64,000 bases of DNA from the human T2T-CHM13v2.0 reference genome, Homo sapiens: NCBI RefSeq assembly GCF_009914755.1, contig NC_060935.1; one strand, given 5' to 3'. Shown here piece after piece: positions 44,090 through 58,058 of the stretch (positions are counted from its first letter, which is position 1; every line of letters starts with the position of its first letter). The notes beneath the pieces were generated by a model that did not search any database, was not told where the DNA came from, and saw only the letters and a program-made list of their open reading frames with translations. Both the position numbers and the translations under genes were made by a program.

Positions 44090-45650
44090 AAAAGCCAGAA
44101 CTCCACGGCTCAGCGCCACGCTGTTCCACCTCCCCCAGGCTGCCAGTTCCCCACCTAGAGGGAAAAGGCTGTTCCAGCGATCTCAGTAAACACTGTCGGT
44201 TGGCAACACCTGGCCGCGGAGAGCCTCGATCTCTCCCGACCCCAGACACCCGGGAGCTGCCCGGTCCCAAACCCGGGCCAGCCACGGGGACCAAACTGCA
44301 GTGTCACACCGGGGTCGGGGGGAGGCGCCTGTGAGAGACGAACGGAATAAAGGGAAAGAAGGGGGACAAACAAATGAGTCACTTAATACAAGGGCTGCAC
44401 ATGCCGCTGACGCTGCCGGTGATGCAGCCGCGGACGGAGGGAGGCCGGCGGCCGGGAGGGGCAGGCGGAGAAAGGGAAGGAGAGGGCGTGAGGCGCTCGC
44501 CCTTTGTGGGGCCGTCCGCGCGGCCCCACAGCCTACGCCCCCCTTTCCCGCCCTCTCCCCGACCCTGCGGGCTGAAGCTGCTCGGGGCTGCCGCGGAGCC
44601 CCAGCCCCGAGAGTCAACTCTCTCGGTCTCCAGAAGCCATCAATACAAAACTTCGACACTGTATTTAGTTCACGAGCAGACCGGCTTGGGAGGCGCCGCA
44701 GCCGCACCCGCCTGGCGGAGCAGGAGCCGCAGCCTCAACCTGCCGCCCGCCCCGCCCCTCGGCGGCCCACCTGTGACAGGTGTGCAGGTGCCCCACACGC
44801 CCCCGGCCGCTCCTCGCCCCCGGCCCCCCGCGGCTCCGGGCCCGAGCTCCCCAGCCTGCCGCCCCTCCGGGAGTCCCCCGCCCCTCCGCAGGCCCCGGAG
44901 CGCCCCCCGCCCGCCCCTGGGCGGCCGCGCCCGCACTCACATAGCGCCTCAACTTCTTCTCGGGAGGCGATTTCCTCAGCCAGCCGGTGCACACCACGTC
45001 GCCGCCGCCGCTCATGCTGCCGGCCTGGAGCCCCCCGCCGGGTCGCGCGGACGAGGGCGCGGGCTCGGGCAGCTGGGGCAGCGGCCGGCGGTGCGCAGCT
45101 CGCGGGAGGCCAGGGGCGGGGCGGGCGGCCCGGCGGGGACTAGGCGGCGCGGCGCGGCGCGAGCCCGGCAGCCTCGCGCGCGCCCGCTCCCCCGCCCCGA
45201 GCGCGCGCAATCCGCACTCTCCGCCCGGCCGCCGGGGGAGCAGCTGCAGCAGGAAGGCCGGCTCGCTCGCCACGCCCGCTCCCGCCGCGCCCCCGAGGCC
45301 GCCGCGCACGCGGACGCGGGGCTAGGGACCCGCGAGGATACAGAAAGCCACCGCCGCCGGCGCGCCCCGGAGTCTCGCTTTCTCCTGAGGCCCCAAGCCG
45401 CGGGCGCGGAGGCCAGGGAGGCGACCGCGCCCCTGGCGCTGGCGGGTGTGAGGGGAAGGGACTGCGCGCCCTCGGTCGTCGATCGATTTTTCACCGAGCG
45501 TCGACGGGGAAGGGATACTAGGGCTGCTCACATTTCCGATACATTCTGCGGGTCAGGTTCCGGCTGAAAGGAGGGACCCCTTCCCAGCAAGAAGCTCCTT
45601 AACTCTGGCGTCCCTCGGCGGGAGGAGGAGACGGACCTACTACGCGCCGG
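44090..45650. promoter_or_regulatory. CpG island / GAB2 promoter and 5'UTR
   Basis: Very GC- and CpG-rich against an AT-rich background. Sp1 box GGGGCGGGGC at 45113-45122 and AP-1 TGAGTCA at 44375-44381. No minus-strand ATG between 45016 and ~45530. Confidence 0.93.
44941..45015 (-). CDS. GAB2: GRB2-associated binding protein 2, coding exon 1 (first 25 codons, start of PH domain)
   Basis: ATG at 45015-45013 (context GGCAGC-ATG-A, A at -3) encodes MSGGGDVVCTGWLRKSPPEKKLRRY, the GAB-family PH N-terminus with the GWLRKSPP motif. A phase-0 donor GTGAGT follows (+ strand actcac, 44935-44940). Confidence 0.97.
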
Positions 45651-47110
45651 AGCCTTTGCTTTTGTAGCTTACAGGATTGTCTTCAGTATTGTTCCTATTT
45701 TATGGACAGCCTAAGGGCAAGGGCTTGTACAAAGCCGAGCCAATTTTCCAATTCAGGTGTGTGGGGGAGGAGGGGTCCCGGTCATCTGCTATTCAAAATG
45801 AGGGCATTGCCTTAATGGGATCGACCTGGGAGCCTCTCATTGCCTGGAAACCAAGTCCAGCTGACTCCCTCCTACACTGCCTCTGGGAAAACACAGTTTA
45901 GTATAGAAAATTCGCATGATTTGTAGAATGGAAGAAGCAAAACTAGTCAATGTATTTCATAACGAATTGGAAGGCAAGGTCAAGTGCAGAAGAACAAGAA
46001 ATTGGGGTCCAAATTCCCCAACGTTCCCGCTCATTGACACAGGCTATGAGACCTCTGTTTGTAAATATAATGGTATCCCAGATGTACGTGGAAGCACACA
46101 ACCCCAGCACTTCAGCGGGAGGGGGGAGAAAAAAATCTTTTGTACGAGCTCTTTTCTCATCACAAAGTGTCTCTCTAAGCAGCATTAAAAGGCAGGTCCT
46201 CCCTAACTTCTCTGATAAGTGGATAGTAACCTGTTTATTCAATGGGGAACCGTGCTGTGTGGACAGATGAATTGGAGAAGCAGCATCTTGCAGTGCCCCA
46301 CACAACCTCAGACTAAAGCTGTTTTGTTTATTTCTGTCTCTGTGCAGCTGAGTTGTTTCAAGCAGTTGGACATCATTTGGTCCAAAAGATCTTGATTGGG
46401 TTGGGGGAAGTTCACCCTCCTCAATTTGGAAAAGCGAATCCCCTACCACGTACTTAGCTCTTCTAGATACCCTGGGAGTTTTAGCGGTCAGTCCCCTGGA
46501 TCTAACATTTCACTGACTTTCTTCAATATCCAGTGTGCTGCTGGATGGGAAGTAAAGCCAGAACTGGTAGGCTGGGACCACAGCTCCCTTAACCTTACAA
46601 TTTAGGGATCCTTAAGTCACGTATGAAGGGCCACCACCAGAATGATGGCCATTTTAACTTCTGGCTTTAAGTACCTTAAATCCCTGTAAGACAAACAACA
46701 CTTAACGTCTGCCAAATCAATCAGGAGGCGGTGACTTCCAACCAAAATAAAACTATCCTGACTTCATTCACATCTGAGTCATGGTGCCAAGTCCCAGAGA
46801 TTGCAGAGTCGGAGAAATCTGCATGGTTTGGCTGCAGCTGAGGTTTGTGATGCAAGTCAGGCATACGTATGCCCTATCTTCCCCCAGAAGAGTAGTCTTA
46901 CGTATCCTTTGATAGTTACATGATTCAATACACAGACTGGAAGACTGTTTAGCAAGAGTTAGTGGGGGTTAGGTCATATTCTGCCAGAAATTCCTTAAAG
47001 TCTTATTTTGTTTGCTTAGGAAAAGATGGTGTTATTTACAATTTCATGTGGAAATGGAAAAGTTTGATGTTTCTTGTTTGGCCAATGGCAGGAGGGACCT
47101 TGAAATATGA

Positions 47111-47482
<372 letters not shown>

Positions 47483-48298
47483 GAAAGGGGCTTTTTTACT
47501 GTGCTCTTCAGCTGGACTCCCACCCTGCGTCCCTCTTGCTGCTAGTGCCCATCTCGGGCTGTGCATAGGAAGCAAGACTGCTGCTCAAGTCCCTGGCTGC
47601 ACCCTGGAGTGGCTCAGTCTTTTGAGCCTGAGAGGCGTGCCAGGCCTGGAAACAACCCTTGGACGGAAAGTTCCTGTCTGGGCTTTTACTAAGTCCTCTC
47701 CACTCCCTGCTGTGTGTGTCTGTTTAAATGGTCCCCGGTTTTTGCTGGGAAAAAAATGGAAAACAAATCATTTGAATGATTTACATGAAGATAGGCGCCA
47801 TCTATCGGAACCAGTTGGGGTGACAATCCCCCCACCCCCAAGCCCTGAGCGGACATGCATCACTAGCCCATAATTTAGGCAATTTTGTTTAAAGACCACT
47901 GGTATTTCCTGGGGGAATTAATCGCCGGCTCCAAGAGTGCTTTGGGTCATTAATCTTATATTCTTATTAAATTCTCAGGAAATGACTATCTTATGAGGAG
48001 GGAGCACTGCAGAGATTAGAGAAATGCACACTGGGAGAGCATGGGTACCACTTTGGCCCCCGCTCATAGCTACTCCCACTCCCCACAAAGCCTGGGGTTC
48101 TAAAGGGTGCACTGTGGCTTTGAGTGTCGTCAGGGACATCCGTCGCTGCATCCGTGCCTGTCTGGGAGTTGAGGGTTTGTGGCCAGCGGCAGGTGCATGG
48201 CTGGTGGAATGCTTTCAGAAACGGGTTGAAGGGCTGGAAGGAGAGCTGTCCTCAACTGCACACCAAGCTTGTGTGATTAATACCACCCACGCCAGGCC

Positions 48299-48327
48299 TG
48301 ACGTCAGTGATTGGACTGGGGGTGGGG
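48299..48327. promoter_or_regulatory. CRE + CCAAT + GT-box cluster
   Basis: TGACGTCA at 48299-48306, ATTGG at 48310-48314, GGGGGTGGGG at 48318-48327. Confidence 0.5.
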
Positions 48328-48675
48328 ATGGATGTTTGTGTGCTAGCCCTTCTGCTTTTTCTCCCCTTCAATTTAGTTGACAGGTTAATTTCAGAACTGA
48401 GTGCTGCTTACGAAGGTCAGTGTGACCAGCTGAACCACCTCAGCTGGTGTCTTTCAGGACACTCATCTCTCAGGCATATAAAGGTGTATGCTTCTTTAAC
48501 CCCTAGTTACTTGAGGCCCACATGGTTCCCTATATCAAATTACCTTAACTTACTCAAGTCAACTCTGGGCATCTGGTTGAGGATGAGATCTGGAAGTGGG
48601 AATGGGGTGGGGTTAAAGACCTAATTGGGTTTCCTCCCTGTCTGTGGCTAATAGTCTGAGAGTTACTTGACACTA

Positions 48676-49150
<475 letters not shown>

Positions 49151-49458
49151 TCATAATCCACCAAGAACAAAGACTGTCAAGATCCTTGAGAAAGTGCTGT
49201 AGTCTTCCAAACCACACTCTGCAATGCTGGCTCCTTTTATTTGCTCTGCAGAGAGAACTCCTACCTTGAATTAGATCTTGAACATACGTCAAGACCTCTT
49301 TCCCTAAAACTGACTGTCCCCATTCTCCAGCAAAGTTGTTCACTCTTTTCTTGGTATCCACACTGCACTTATATAAATTGGATTATCACACTGTACAGCA
49401 AATATTTCCTTGTCGAGGAATTGTGAGTTCCTTGAAGACATGAATGTGTTTTTCTCAC

Positions 49459-49588
49459 TTATTATTTTTTTAGAGACAATGTCTTGCTATGTTGCCCAGA
49501 GTGGTCTCAAACTCCTGGGCTCAAGTGATCTTCCTGCCTTGGTGTCCCAAAGTTCTGGGATTACAGGCATGAGCTACCACATCTGGCC
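49459..49588 (-). mobile_element. FLAM_C-like monomer
   Basis: Left-arm monomer. Confidence 0.85.
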
Positions 49589-49799
49589 CTTCCTCATTTT
49601 TGTATTCCCAGAGCTTCCCAGCATGGTACCAGCACAGAATAGATGCTCATTAAATGTTCATTGTGAGAATGAAGGAACCAACCCTTAAAGGATGACAGGT
49701 TGGGGCTGTAGACTACTGGAACATCTAGAACTCTCTGATCCATACAAACCAGAGAATAGTATTTGTGAAGGTACCTATAAGTGGCTGGAGTGGTTTTTT

Positions 49800-49975
49800 T
49801 TAATAAAAATTGTCAGATAACATCGATGTGTTTATTATGTACAATATGATGTTTTGAAATATAAATACAAATACATAAAATACACTGTGGGATGGTTAAA
49901 TCTAGCTAACTAACAAATGCATTAACTAATATAGTTATCATTTTTGTGGTAAGAACACTTAACATCCACTTTCTT
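49800..49975 (-). mobile_element. L1MA 3' end fragment
   Basis: aaatctagctaactaacaaatgcattaactaatatagttatcatttttgtggtaagaacactt. Confidence 0.7.
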
Positions 49976-50072
49976 TACATTGCGTTTAAACCCACAGGGA
50001 CGGCCTAGCTGGAAGGACTTAGCAGGCTGAGGTAATCCTGTGCAGTTCCACTTTTAAAAATGGTTGTAACTC

Positions 50073-50493
50073 GACATAGAAAGGAACGAGATCATGTCCT
50101 TTGCAGGGACATGGATGGAGCTGGAAGGCGTTATCCTCATCAAACTAACACAGGAACAGAAAACCAAACACCGCATGTTCTCACTTATAAGTGGGAGCTG
50201 AACAACGAGAACACAGGACACAGGGAGGGAAACACACACTGGGACCTGTGAGTGGGTAGGGGGTTGGGGGAGGGAGAGCATTAGGAAAAATAGCTAATGC
50301 TTGCTGAGCTTAATACCTTGGTCATGGGTTGATAGGTGCAGCACACCACCATAGCACACATTTACCTATGTAACAAACCTGCACATCCTGCACATGTACC
50401 CTGGAACTTAAATTAAAAAAAAAAGAAAAATTCCAGAAACATGTGAGAAAATAAGATTCCCCCGAAATCTTAAAAACAAAAACAAAAACAAAA
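50073..50493 (+). mobile_element. 5'-truncated L1PA 3' end with an extra 3' segment
   Basis: L1PA 3'UTR (atcatgtcctttgcagggacatggatg...aacctgcacatcctgcacatgtaccctggaacttaaa); 17-bp TSD at 50056-50072 / 50494-50510. Confidence 0.92.
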
Positions 50494-50964
50494 AAACATG
50501 GCTGTAACTCTTGGATAGTTTCAGAAAACAATGACTCCTTTTAACCTTTTAACTGGTACCCCCAGATTCCAGAGAACCAACTTTGTCAACCCTTGGTTTC
50601 CAAACTCTGACACTGTTGTACACTCTTTACACACCCTCCTTTGTGGGACTACAGAATTAAATCTCTTTGCGGTTACTCTGTTATCTGGCTTCACTGTGAC
50701 AATCCTACAGGGGTTTAGCACTTAACCCCTTGTACCAGATGCAACACTAGTGAAGCTGGAGAAAACCATGTCCCCTGAACTCAAAGTGGCTTTATTCAAC
50801 AGATGACCAGAAACGTCATTTCCTTCTGCACCTGATAAATTGCATAGTAACTGTGCAGGCTTGCTAGTCTTTGTTTTGCTGGGAACCTAGAGGCCTCAGG
50901 ATTTCACCTCATCTAACTATATAATTCTACCAGAATTACCCAAGATGATTGTCCGACAATATAG

Positions 50965-52018
50965 CCAATGATGTGCTGGCAAATATTTTAAAATTGGCTC
51001 CCTGGTGGTGTTGGTGGGTGCCTTGATTTACAGTATATGCCAACTGTTGTGGCATAAATACTCTGCCAGCCATGGCCAGTTTTAAGCTATCAAGTTAATG
51101 TCCTTGAATACAGAGTTAAGAGATACACAGTAATACACCATTATTTAGTATTTCCAACATAAAGACACAATAGACATAAATAACACCAAGAACACAATAG
51201 TAAAATGTAATTAGCCAAGTGATGAGTTTGGGGTAGTTACTACCTTTCTTTTTAATATAACTTATTTAATTATAAGTTTATATAACTTAATTTTTAATTA
51301 AGATATTCACGTATCACAAAAGTCACCATGTTAAAGTTTATAATTCATGGTTTCTAATATATTCATCAACTTTGACAACCACCACAGCTATCTAATTCCA
51401 GAACATTTTCATTACCCCAAAAGAAACACCATATCCATTAGCAACTCTCCATTCCCCCAATCCCATCAGCTGGCAACCGCTAACCTACTTTTCATCTCTA
51501 TGGATTTGCCAATTCTAGACATTTCACATAACCATATTCATACAATATGTGACCTGTGTGTCTAACCTCTTTCGCTTTGTATAATGTTTTCAAGTTTCAT
51601 CCATGTTGAAGCACTTGACAGTTCTTTATATACCGCATTTTATCCATTCATCAGCTGATGAACATTACAGTTGTTTCCACTTTTTGGCTATTATGAATAA
51701 TGCTGTTGCGATCATTCCTGTACAAGTTTTTGTGTGGACATACGTTTTCAATCTACGTATTTATCTAGGAGTGAAAATGCTGAGTCATATGGTGACACTG
51801 TTTAACTTTTTAAGGAACTGCTGACCTTTTTTCCACAGTGGCTACACCATTTTACATTCCCATCAGCAATGTATGAGGGTTCCAATCTGTCCACATCTTT
51901 TCCAATGCTTATTTCCCTTTTTTTATTACAACTTAATTTTAACGATGTTCTACTTTAACAACCATCTTGCAAAATTCTTCACAATTGAACAGTCTACTCT
52001 CCTGGGTTGATACCACTG
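50965..52018. mobile_element. MER63-like hAT element split by an L1MB insertion
   Basis: caatgatgtgctggcaaatatt start and ...aacaaccatcttgcaaaattc...accactg end. Confidence 0.65.
51298..51929 (-). mobile_element. L1MB-type 3' fragment
   Basis: L1M 3' sequence; flanked by aacttaatttt(t)aa duplication. Confidence 0.85.
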
Positions 52019-55000
52019 CACACAGCCACCAAAGAAAATCTCACCACCATCTCACTAGTCAGTTCCACTTCTTTTTGCTGGCAAGAGCAATACTCAACAG
52101 ATTTGAATTTCCTTCCTCTTACATCCTTCCTATAGAAAACTGAAACAAAAGATCTCAGGTTCCCTTCTCTTTGGTAATTGAGATGACTTTTGACTGCTGG
52201 AGAATCACAAGGTTTTCAGCTCCCACCAGGCACCCCAGCAGAACAGGGTTTGTTTCCCTCCTACATTTGTGTTGAGAAACAAAACTAAACCCAAAATGTA
52301 TCTTAGTGACACCCAGATGTATCTTCCGGAGGAGCTCTCAAGCAGTTGCTTCAACAGGGCAAACAGCTGTGGTCTGTTTCAACATAATTTGATGTAATCA
52401 GGGTTAATTCTGATGATGTAGTAACTCTGAAGACTGTTTTTTAACTGGATTATTGTTGGGTCAACAATCATGTGGCATTACATTTAGTGGCTGAAACAAA
52501 AGCCAGAATTAAAACAGCTTCCCCTCAGCCCCCACCCACCCCTTCTAAATGACAGCCTCACCGGGAATGTAAGTTATGAGGCACATTTAACACAATTAAC
52601 CAAAAAAGGAAAGTAGGTGCAGTCAAATTACCTGCAAGCATCTCCAAGGTCCAGTGTCAATCTAGAGTAAGAGCTGGAAACTTTGTTGTTTTTTCTTTTC
52701 CTAGAATGGTTAGAAAATATGTTGGCAGCAATCAGTATAATTTAATATTTTCATAACATTCTAGGAAAAAGCCCCGAGATTTTCCTCTGAAACTTTCCTG
52801 AACCAGACAAATGATTTTAGCAGTTCACAGTTCCTCTGTATTTTCCATGCATGTTTTCAAAATGATTATTGTAAGTGAACACTAAATTCACGGTGTGGCA
52901 TACCAGGGCTGAAAGAGTGTGGTATACAAAGCTCTGAACACATCTGGCACTGTTTCTGAAGAGCAAGGTCTTTATCTTATTTTCATAGATTTGGCCATCA
53001 TTGTTTATGGTCAGTCCACTTGCAGGGTCTGGGCTGCTCTACATGCACACATACTTATTTAGTCTCTTCCAGTTTTTAGTTTTGGCTAGCCTGAAACACA
53101 GCTAACGCCCATGACAAGGGCCATTCTTAATACAGTTCTGGAAAGCAGAATCTTCAAAAATAGATGGTTTGGGAAGCTGCCAAATGTGTTGGTTCTTCAA
53201 AATCTTTTAAATCCAATTGTGTGGTTCCAAAAAAGGTCTGACGTGTCCAATCCCCTCTGTAAATAAGCCTCCATTTATTTGCTTTCTGTTTTTGTGACTT
53301 AGATTATTAAAAAATTTGAAAAGCAAAGAAGCCACTTACCCTCCTACTGCATCTTATTTTATCAGGAATTTCCCATCTAAGTAATTCCTGATTGACATAT
53401 ATTCTGGGATATGTAGATGTGATTATAAGGTAATGAGACTTAAAAAGTAATGAGAATTCCTTCTGTAAGTCACACAGTATATTAATTTGACTTCTTTTAG
53501 TTGTGAAAGCAGATACTCATTTCAAACTCACTCACGATCCAATGGAGATGGTAAGTGAGTTATCTCCCGTGGAACCCATGGAAAAGTTGAATAATCTGGC
53601 CTCAGAAAGAGTAGCAACCAGGGAATAAACATGGCAAAAACCAGGCATCCATTTTGCATGTCTCCCTCACCTCCGAACATTTTGCCTTCGTTTCTTTCTC
53701 TGAAGACTGCTTTCTCTGTCTCTCTGGGTACATGGTTATACCCACTGGCTCCTAAGTTTATGTGTTCCTGGCTCAAGCAACCAGTCCAGACTCTCCAGTG
53801 TCCTCAACCCCAATTTCCCAAGAGAAGGTGAAACTGGTCTATTTGGGATCAGGTGTCCATCCCTACACCAATCAGCAAAGGAAGCTCTGGCCCCCAGGAT
53901 GTCTGCTAGGGACCCACTGGCCAGGACAGGGGTAGGGGAATTGTCAGAAAAAGGACAGGTTTGATAACTAAGTAAGACACCTTGGAAGGTGTTTAATAGA
54001 GACACAAAAACCAATCTTGTTTCTTTCCCCTAGTATCCCTTTAAATTAGGAATATACTTAGAAAACCATATGTTTCTTTCTATTCAAATACAAAATATAT
54101 TTCTATTCAAACACATGTTACTAGGGAATGGTTATTTATGTACAAGTTAGTCAAGTCTCAGCAGGGATTTTCTGAGAACCTACTACTTCAAGTTCAGCAT
54201 AGGAATACCAAGATAAGACTAGGTTCTTCAGAATTTCAGGGTCTTTCTGGGGAGAGAAATAGGCAGGTATCTCCAGTAGTATTTGGGCAATGTTATAAGA
54301 GGTATGTTCAAAGGACTGTGGGAGCACTGAGAATTATGAACCAACTGTATGGGGACTGAAACTACATGAGGTTAGGTTTAATTTTGGGTAGCCCACAGAT
54401 AGGCACAGAATAGACATAAGTTAACATTTGTTAAATTCGATGACATAAATAGTAGCTACCTTCAATTTGGAGGCAGTAAAATTGTCTAGATTAAGGGAGC
54501 AAGTTGGGGAAAACCACTAACTGAAAATCTGAGCAATTAAATTCATTTGGGACTAGCTTCTGAATTTCTTCTCAATTTAATACAATCATTCAACAATACT
54601 TACTGAGCATTTACTATGCACAGGCACAGGGCTAGGTGCTGGCGATGTGATGAACAGCATAGAGATGTTCTTCCGAATAAGTCTAAGTCACTGTATTCCA
54701 GAAGCAATGCCAGGAGGATGCCCTAGAAGTCACCTTCAGTAACAGACAGATAACTAAACTCATTACTACTTTTGATTCCTGCCTTTTGGTCCTGTGTTCA
54801 GGAAACAGCTCCAGGCAGATTTGTGCTGAAAGGGATAGTTTAAAATTTTATGAGATATTTCAGACACATAAGGAGGGAAAAGCTAGTTTTGGGAAATTTT
54901 TTTTTTAAGAAATATTTCCCTGTTGTCTGATGGACGTATTTCCCCCACCCTGTTTTTGGTCACCTTAATGATTCAATTGGTGGTTTCTAAATGAGTGCCC

Positions 55001-56059
55001 ACTATGTGTCAGACACTCTCCAAGGCACTGCAGATATAAAAATGAATGCATTCTTATCCCTGCTGTCGCGGACCTCACATTCTGGCAGAGGAGACGAATG
55101 GCAGCATAAGACAACCGGTATTTGCATAAGGCGCTGAAGGAGCATAACGAAAGGAGAAAGTCTGGAAGCCATTGTCCAACCCTTGGTTTCCTGAAGTAAA
55201 AATGATTTCAACACTAACACGTGAAAATGCGGAAATCCTAGCTGCATTTTGGAGTGTCACCACTCTTGAAATAAAGCCTCATAGGTTCAGAAAATGTGAT
55301 CAGAGCTGTTAATATTTTGATTCTGGGTGACTAAGAAGTGACAGGTGTGTAGCCTGAGAAAGCCACCCAAGCCCATTTACAGGCATGTGGAGACAAGCAA
55401 TGTTGAGTCAGGGTGCAGGGTACACCCCAGCTCTATCGGCAGGACAGGTACCTGAGCAGGGGACTTTTAAAATCTTCTGTTGAGAGCTACTAACCCATCA
55501 GAAGAAAATCAGTCAAGAACTAAATGACAGTGAAACTTGACACAAAAATTTCCATATCGGATTTTTAAAAAAATGATTGTTGATCTCAACAAACAGCCCA
55601 CTCCTACTTTTTGAGAAGCATTAACCAGCACAAGTTTGTACTTAGTAAACTAGATGTAAGTTGTTTTCAATACAATTGACATATCTGGCTGGGGGGTGGG
55701 GTGGAGAAAGGAAGGGGAAGCACCTGGATGTTGATACAGTACTAGGCATAGAAGGAACCAGAGTGGGAGATTAACACTTGCATAGAAAGAAGAAAACATT
55801 AGGAGAAGTGGTGGGGAGAAATGGAGTGAGGAAAAGAGATAAAAGTTGAGAGGTGTGGTAGTTTCTACACTGCAAGGGTTCCAAGGGGTATCACTGCAGG
55901 CTGGCCTTCCCATCCTTGATAGAGACACATAAAAACCAGCTCAAGCATGCAGAGAAAACAGGTAACTTCTTCAATGAGCAGATTTGTATAATTATTACTT
56001 ACCGTTTAGTGTAAAAATATTAAAATCTCACTGCAGGTTTCTCAGTACAGAATTAAAAT

Positions 56060-56222
56060 ACTTACACTAGAATTACTCAGGGTGACTGTTTAAAACAATG
56101 TAAATTGTGAGCTAGTTCCATCACAGACCTACTGAATCAGATCTTCTGGTGGGAGTAAGATAATGTGAATTTTTAATACGCTCCGCAGTGATTCACATAC
56201 ACAGTAAACTTTGACAAGACTG
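56060..56222. mobile_element. MER5A-like hAT MITE
   Basis: cagacctactgaatcaga...tttttaatacgctcc...gtgattc motif. Confidence 0.6.
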
Positions 56223-57470
56223 TACAGAATGGGAGTCTCTGAGAGCAGGGAGTATGTCCTATTTGTCTCAGCACTCATAGAATCTAGCACGGGGATTGGG
56301 AGAGTGAGAGCTCAATAAAAGTTTATTGAACTAAACTGAATACACCTAATATACCTAAGAGTCTTTAAAGCAAAAGTCACTCAATTCCACTACCCTGTAA
56401 TCCATTTTTTCCATATTCTAGTCTATGTACACAGGTTTTACACTGTTGTAATTGCAAACTCACCATTTTAGATTGTATTTTTCAATATATTTTCTCTTAC
56501 AATTTTTAATGGCTGTAAAACATTCCACCCAACATGAATAAGTATCTCTGTTCATATAGATTTTGAGTTTTGAAAAGGTTTTCCTTAGGGGACCTTACAT
56601 TTGTGCAGTGCTTGTCAGTTTATGAAACCCTTTCACACAATCTTCATTGCTTTCACAACACTCTGTAAGATAAGCATTATCCTCATTTTGCAGCTGGGTA
56701 TACAGACTCAAAGATTAATTAACTTGCTCAAGCTTCTACACCTAGTAAGTGGAATGTCAGATTAAACCAGGATCTTCTCACTATGCATTTAATGCCCTTT
56801 CCAAGGCACCAAATAATTGGACCCAACAGTTTCCTGATGCAAAAACCTGTAATTTAAAATGTGGCAGATGGAAATTACATTTAAAGAGAACATTGGTCAG
56901 CTATATCCTAACTATATAGGAATCAGCTCCTGCCTCTTGGGGTATGGCAAAGAAAATGCATATATTAGTTGACAACTTCTGTGTAAGAACTTACTGTTCT
57001 TCAGCAATGCCTCATAACGCTGTCTGTATACGATCCAAGCCCATTTCTGCAATCCTCACATGAAGGGAGTTGGGACTGTCCCTGAACACTCTGACACTGT
57101 AATTAAAGTTCTTCGGCAACCACCACAGGCTGTAAGGCAGATAGGAAGGAGGCAGTGGAGACTTGAAAGCTCTTCTAAGATTGGTATCACAGGAAACTTG
57201 GGTAGCAGCTGAGTGAACAGGAGAGGGAAGCTTTTATGTACCAATAGAAATGCCCATTATAAGGACACACGACCTGATGAATAACAGAGGGGTGCAGCAC
57301 TTCAGGGAAGGACAGACAGTCCACCTGAGCAGTTAGAGGTTCTATACTGGAAAACAGGAGGAGTTGTGTTTCTATTTTATTCCATTTGCATGATACAGAG
57401 AGACAGGTTTCCTTATTCTCAGGTAGAAGTTTCTAACAACCAGAGCTCTCTGAGGAGAGAAAAACTTCTT

Positions 57471-57745
57471 GGCTGGGTGTGGTGGCTCAAACTTGTAATC
57501 CCAGCACTTTGGGAGGCTGAGGGAAGCGGACTACTTGAGCCCATGAGTTTAAGACCAGCCTGGGCAACAAAGTGAGACCCTGTCTCTATAAAAAATTAGC
57601 TAGATGTGGTGGCACATACCTGTGATCCCAGCTACATGGGAGGCTGAGGATTGCTTGGGCCCAGGAGGTCGAGGCTGCATTGAGCCATGTACACATCACT
57701 GCACTTAAGCCTGAGCGACAAAGCAAGACCGTTTCCAAAAAATAA
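57471..57745 (+). mobile_element. AluJ
   Basis: Diverged dimer. Confidence 0.9.
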
Positions 57746-58027
57746 GGCTAGGCACAGTGGCTCATGCCTGTAATCCCTGCCCTTTCAGAGGCCAAAGTGG
57801 GAGGACTGCTTGAGCCCAGGAGTTCAAGACCAGCCTGGGCAACATGGCAAAACCCTGTCTCTACAAAAAATACAAAAATTAGCTGGGTGTGGTGGCTTGT
57901 GCCTGTGGTCCCAGCTACGTGGGAGGCTGAGGCAGAAGGATCACTTGAGCCTGGGAGGCTGAGGCTGCAGTGAGCTGTGATCACGTCACTGCACTCTAGC
58001 CTGAGTGAGAGAGTAAGACCCTGTCTC

Positions 58028-58058
<31 letters not shown>

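Noticed and set aside
44301-45567. Long plus-strand ORFs (280 aa and 397 aa) and other overlapping ORFs in the CpG island
   Set aside because: Low-complexity R/P/A/G translations with no domain; stop codons are rare in very GC-rich DNA, so all frames stay open
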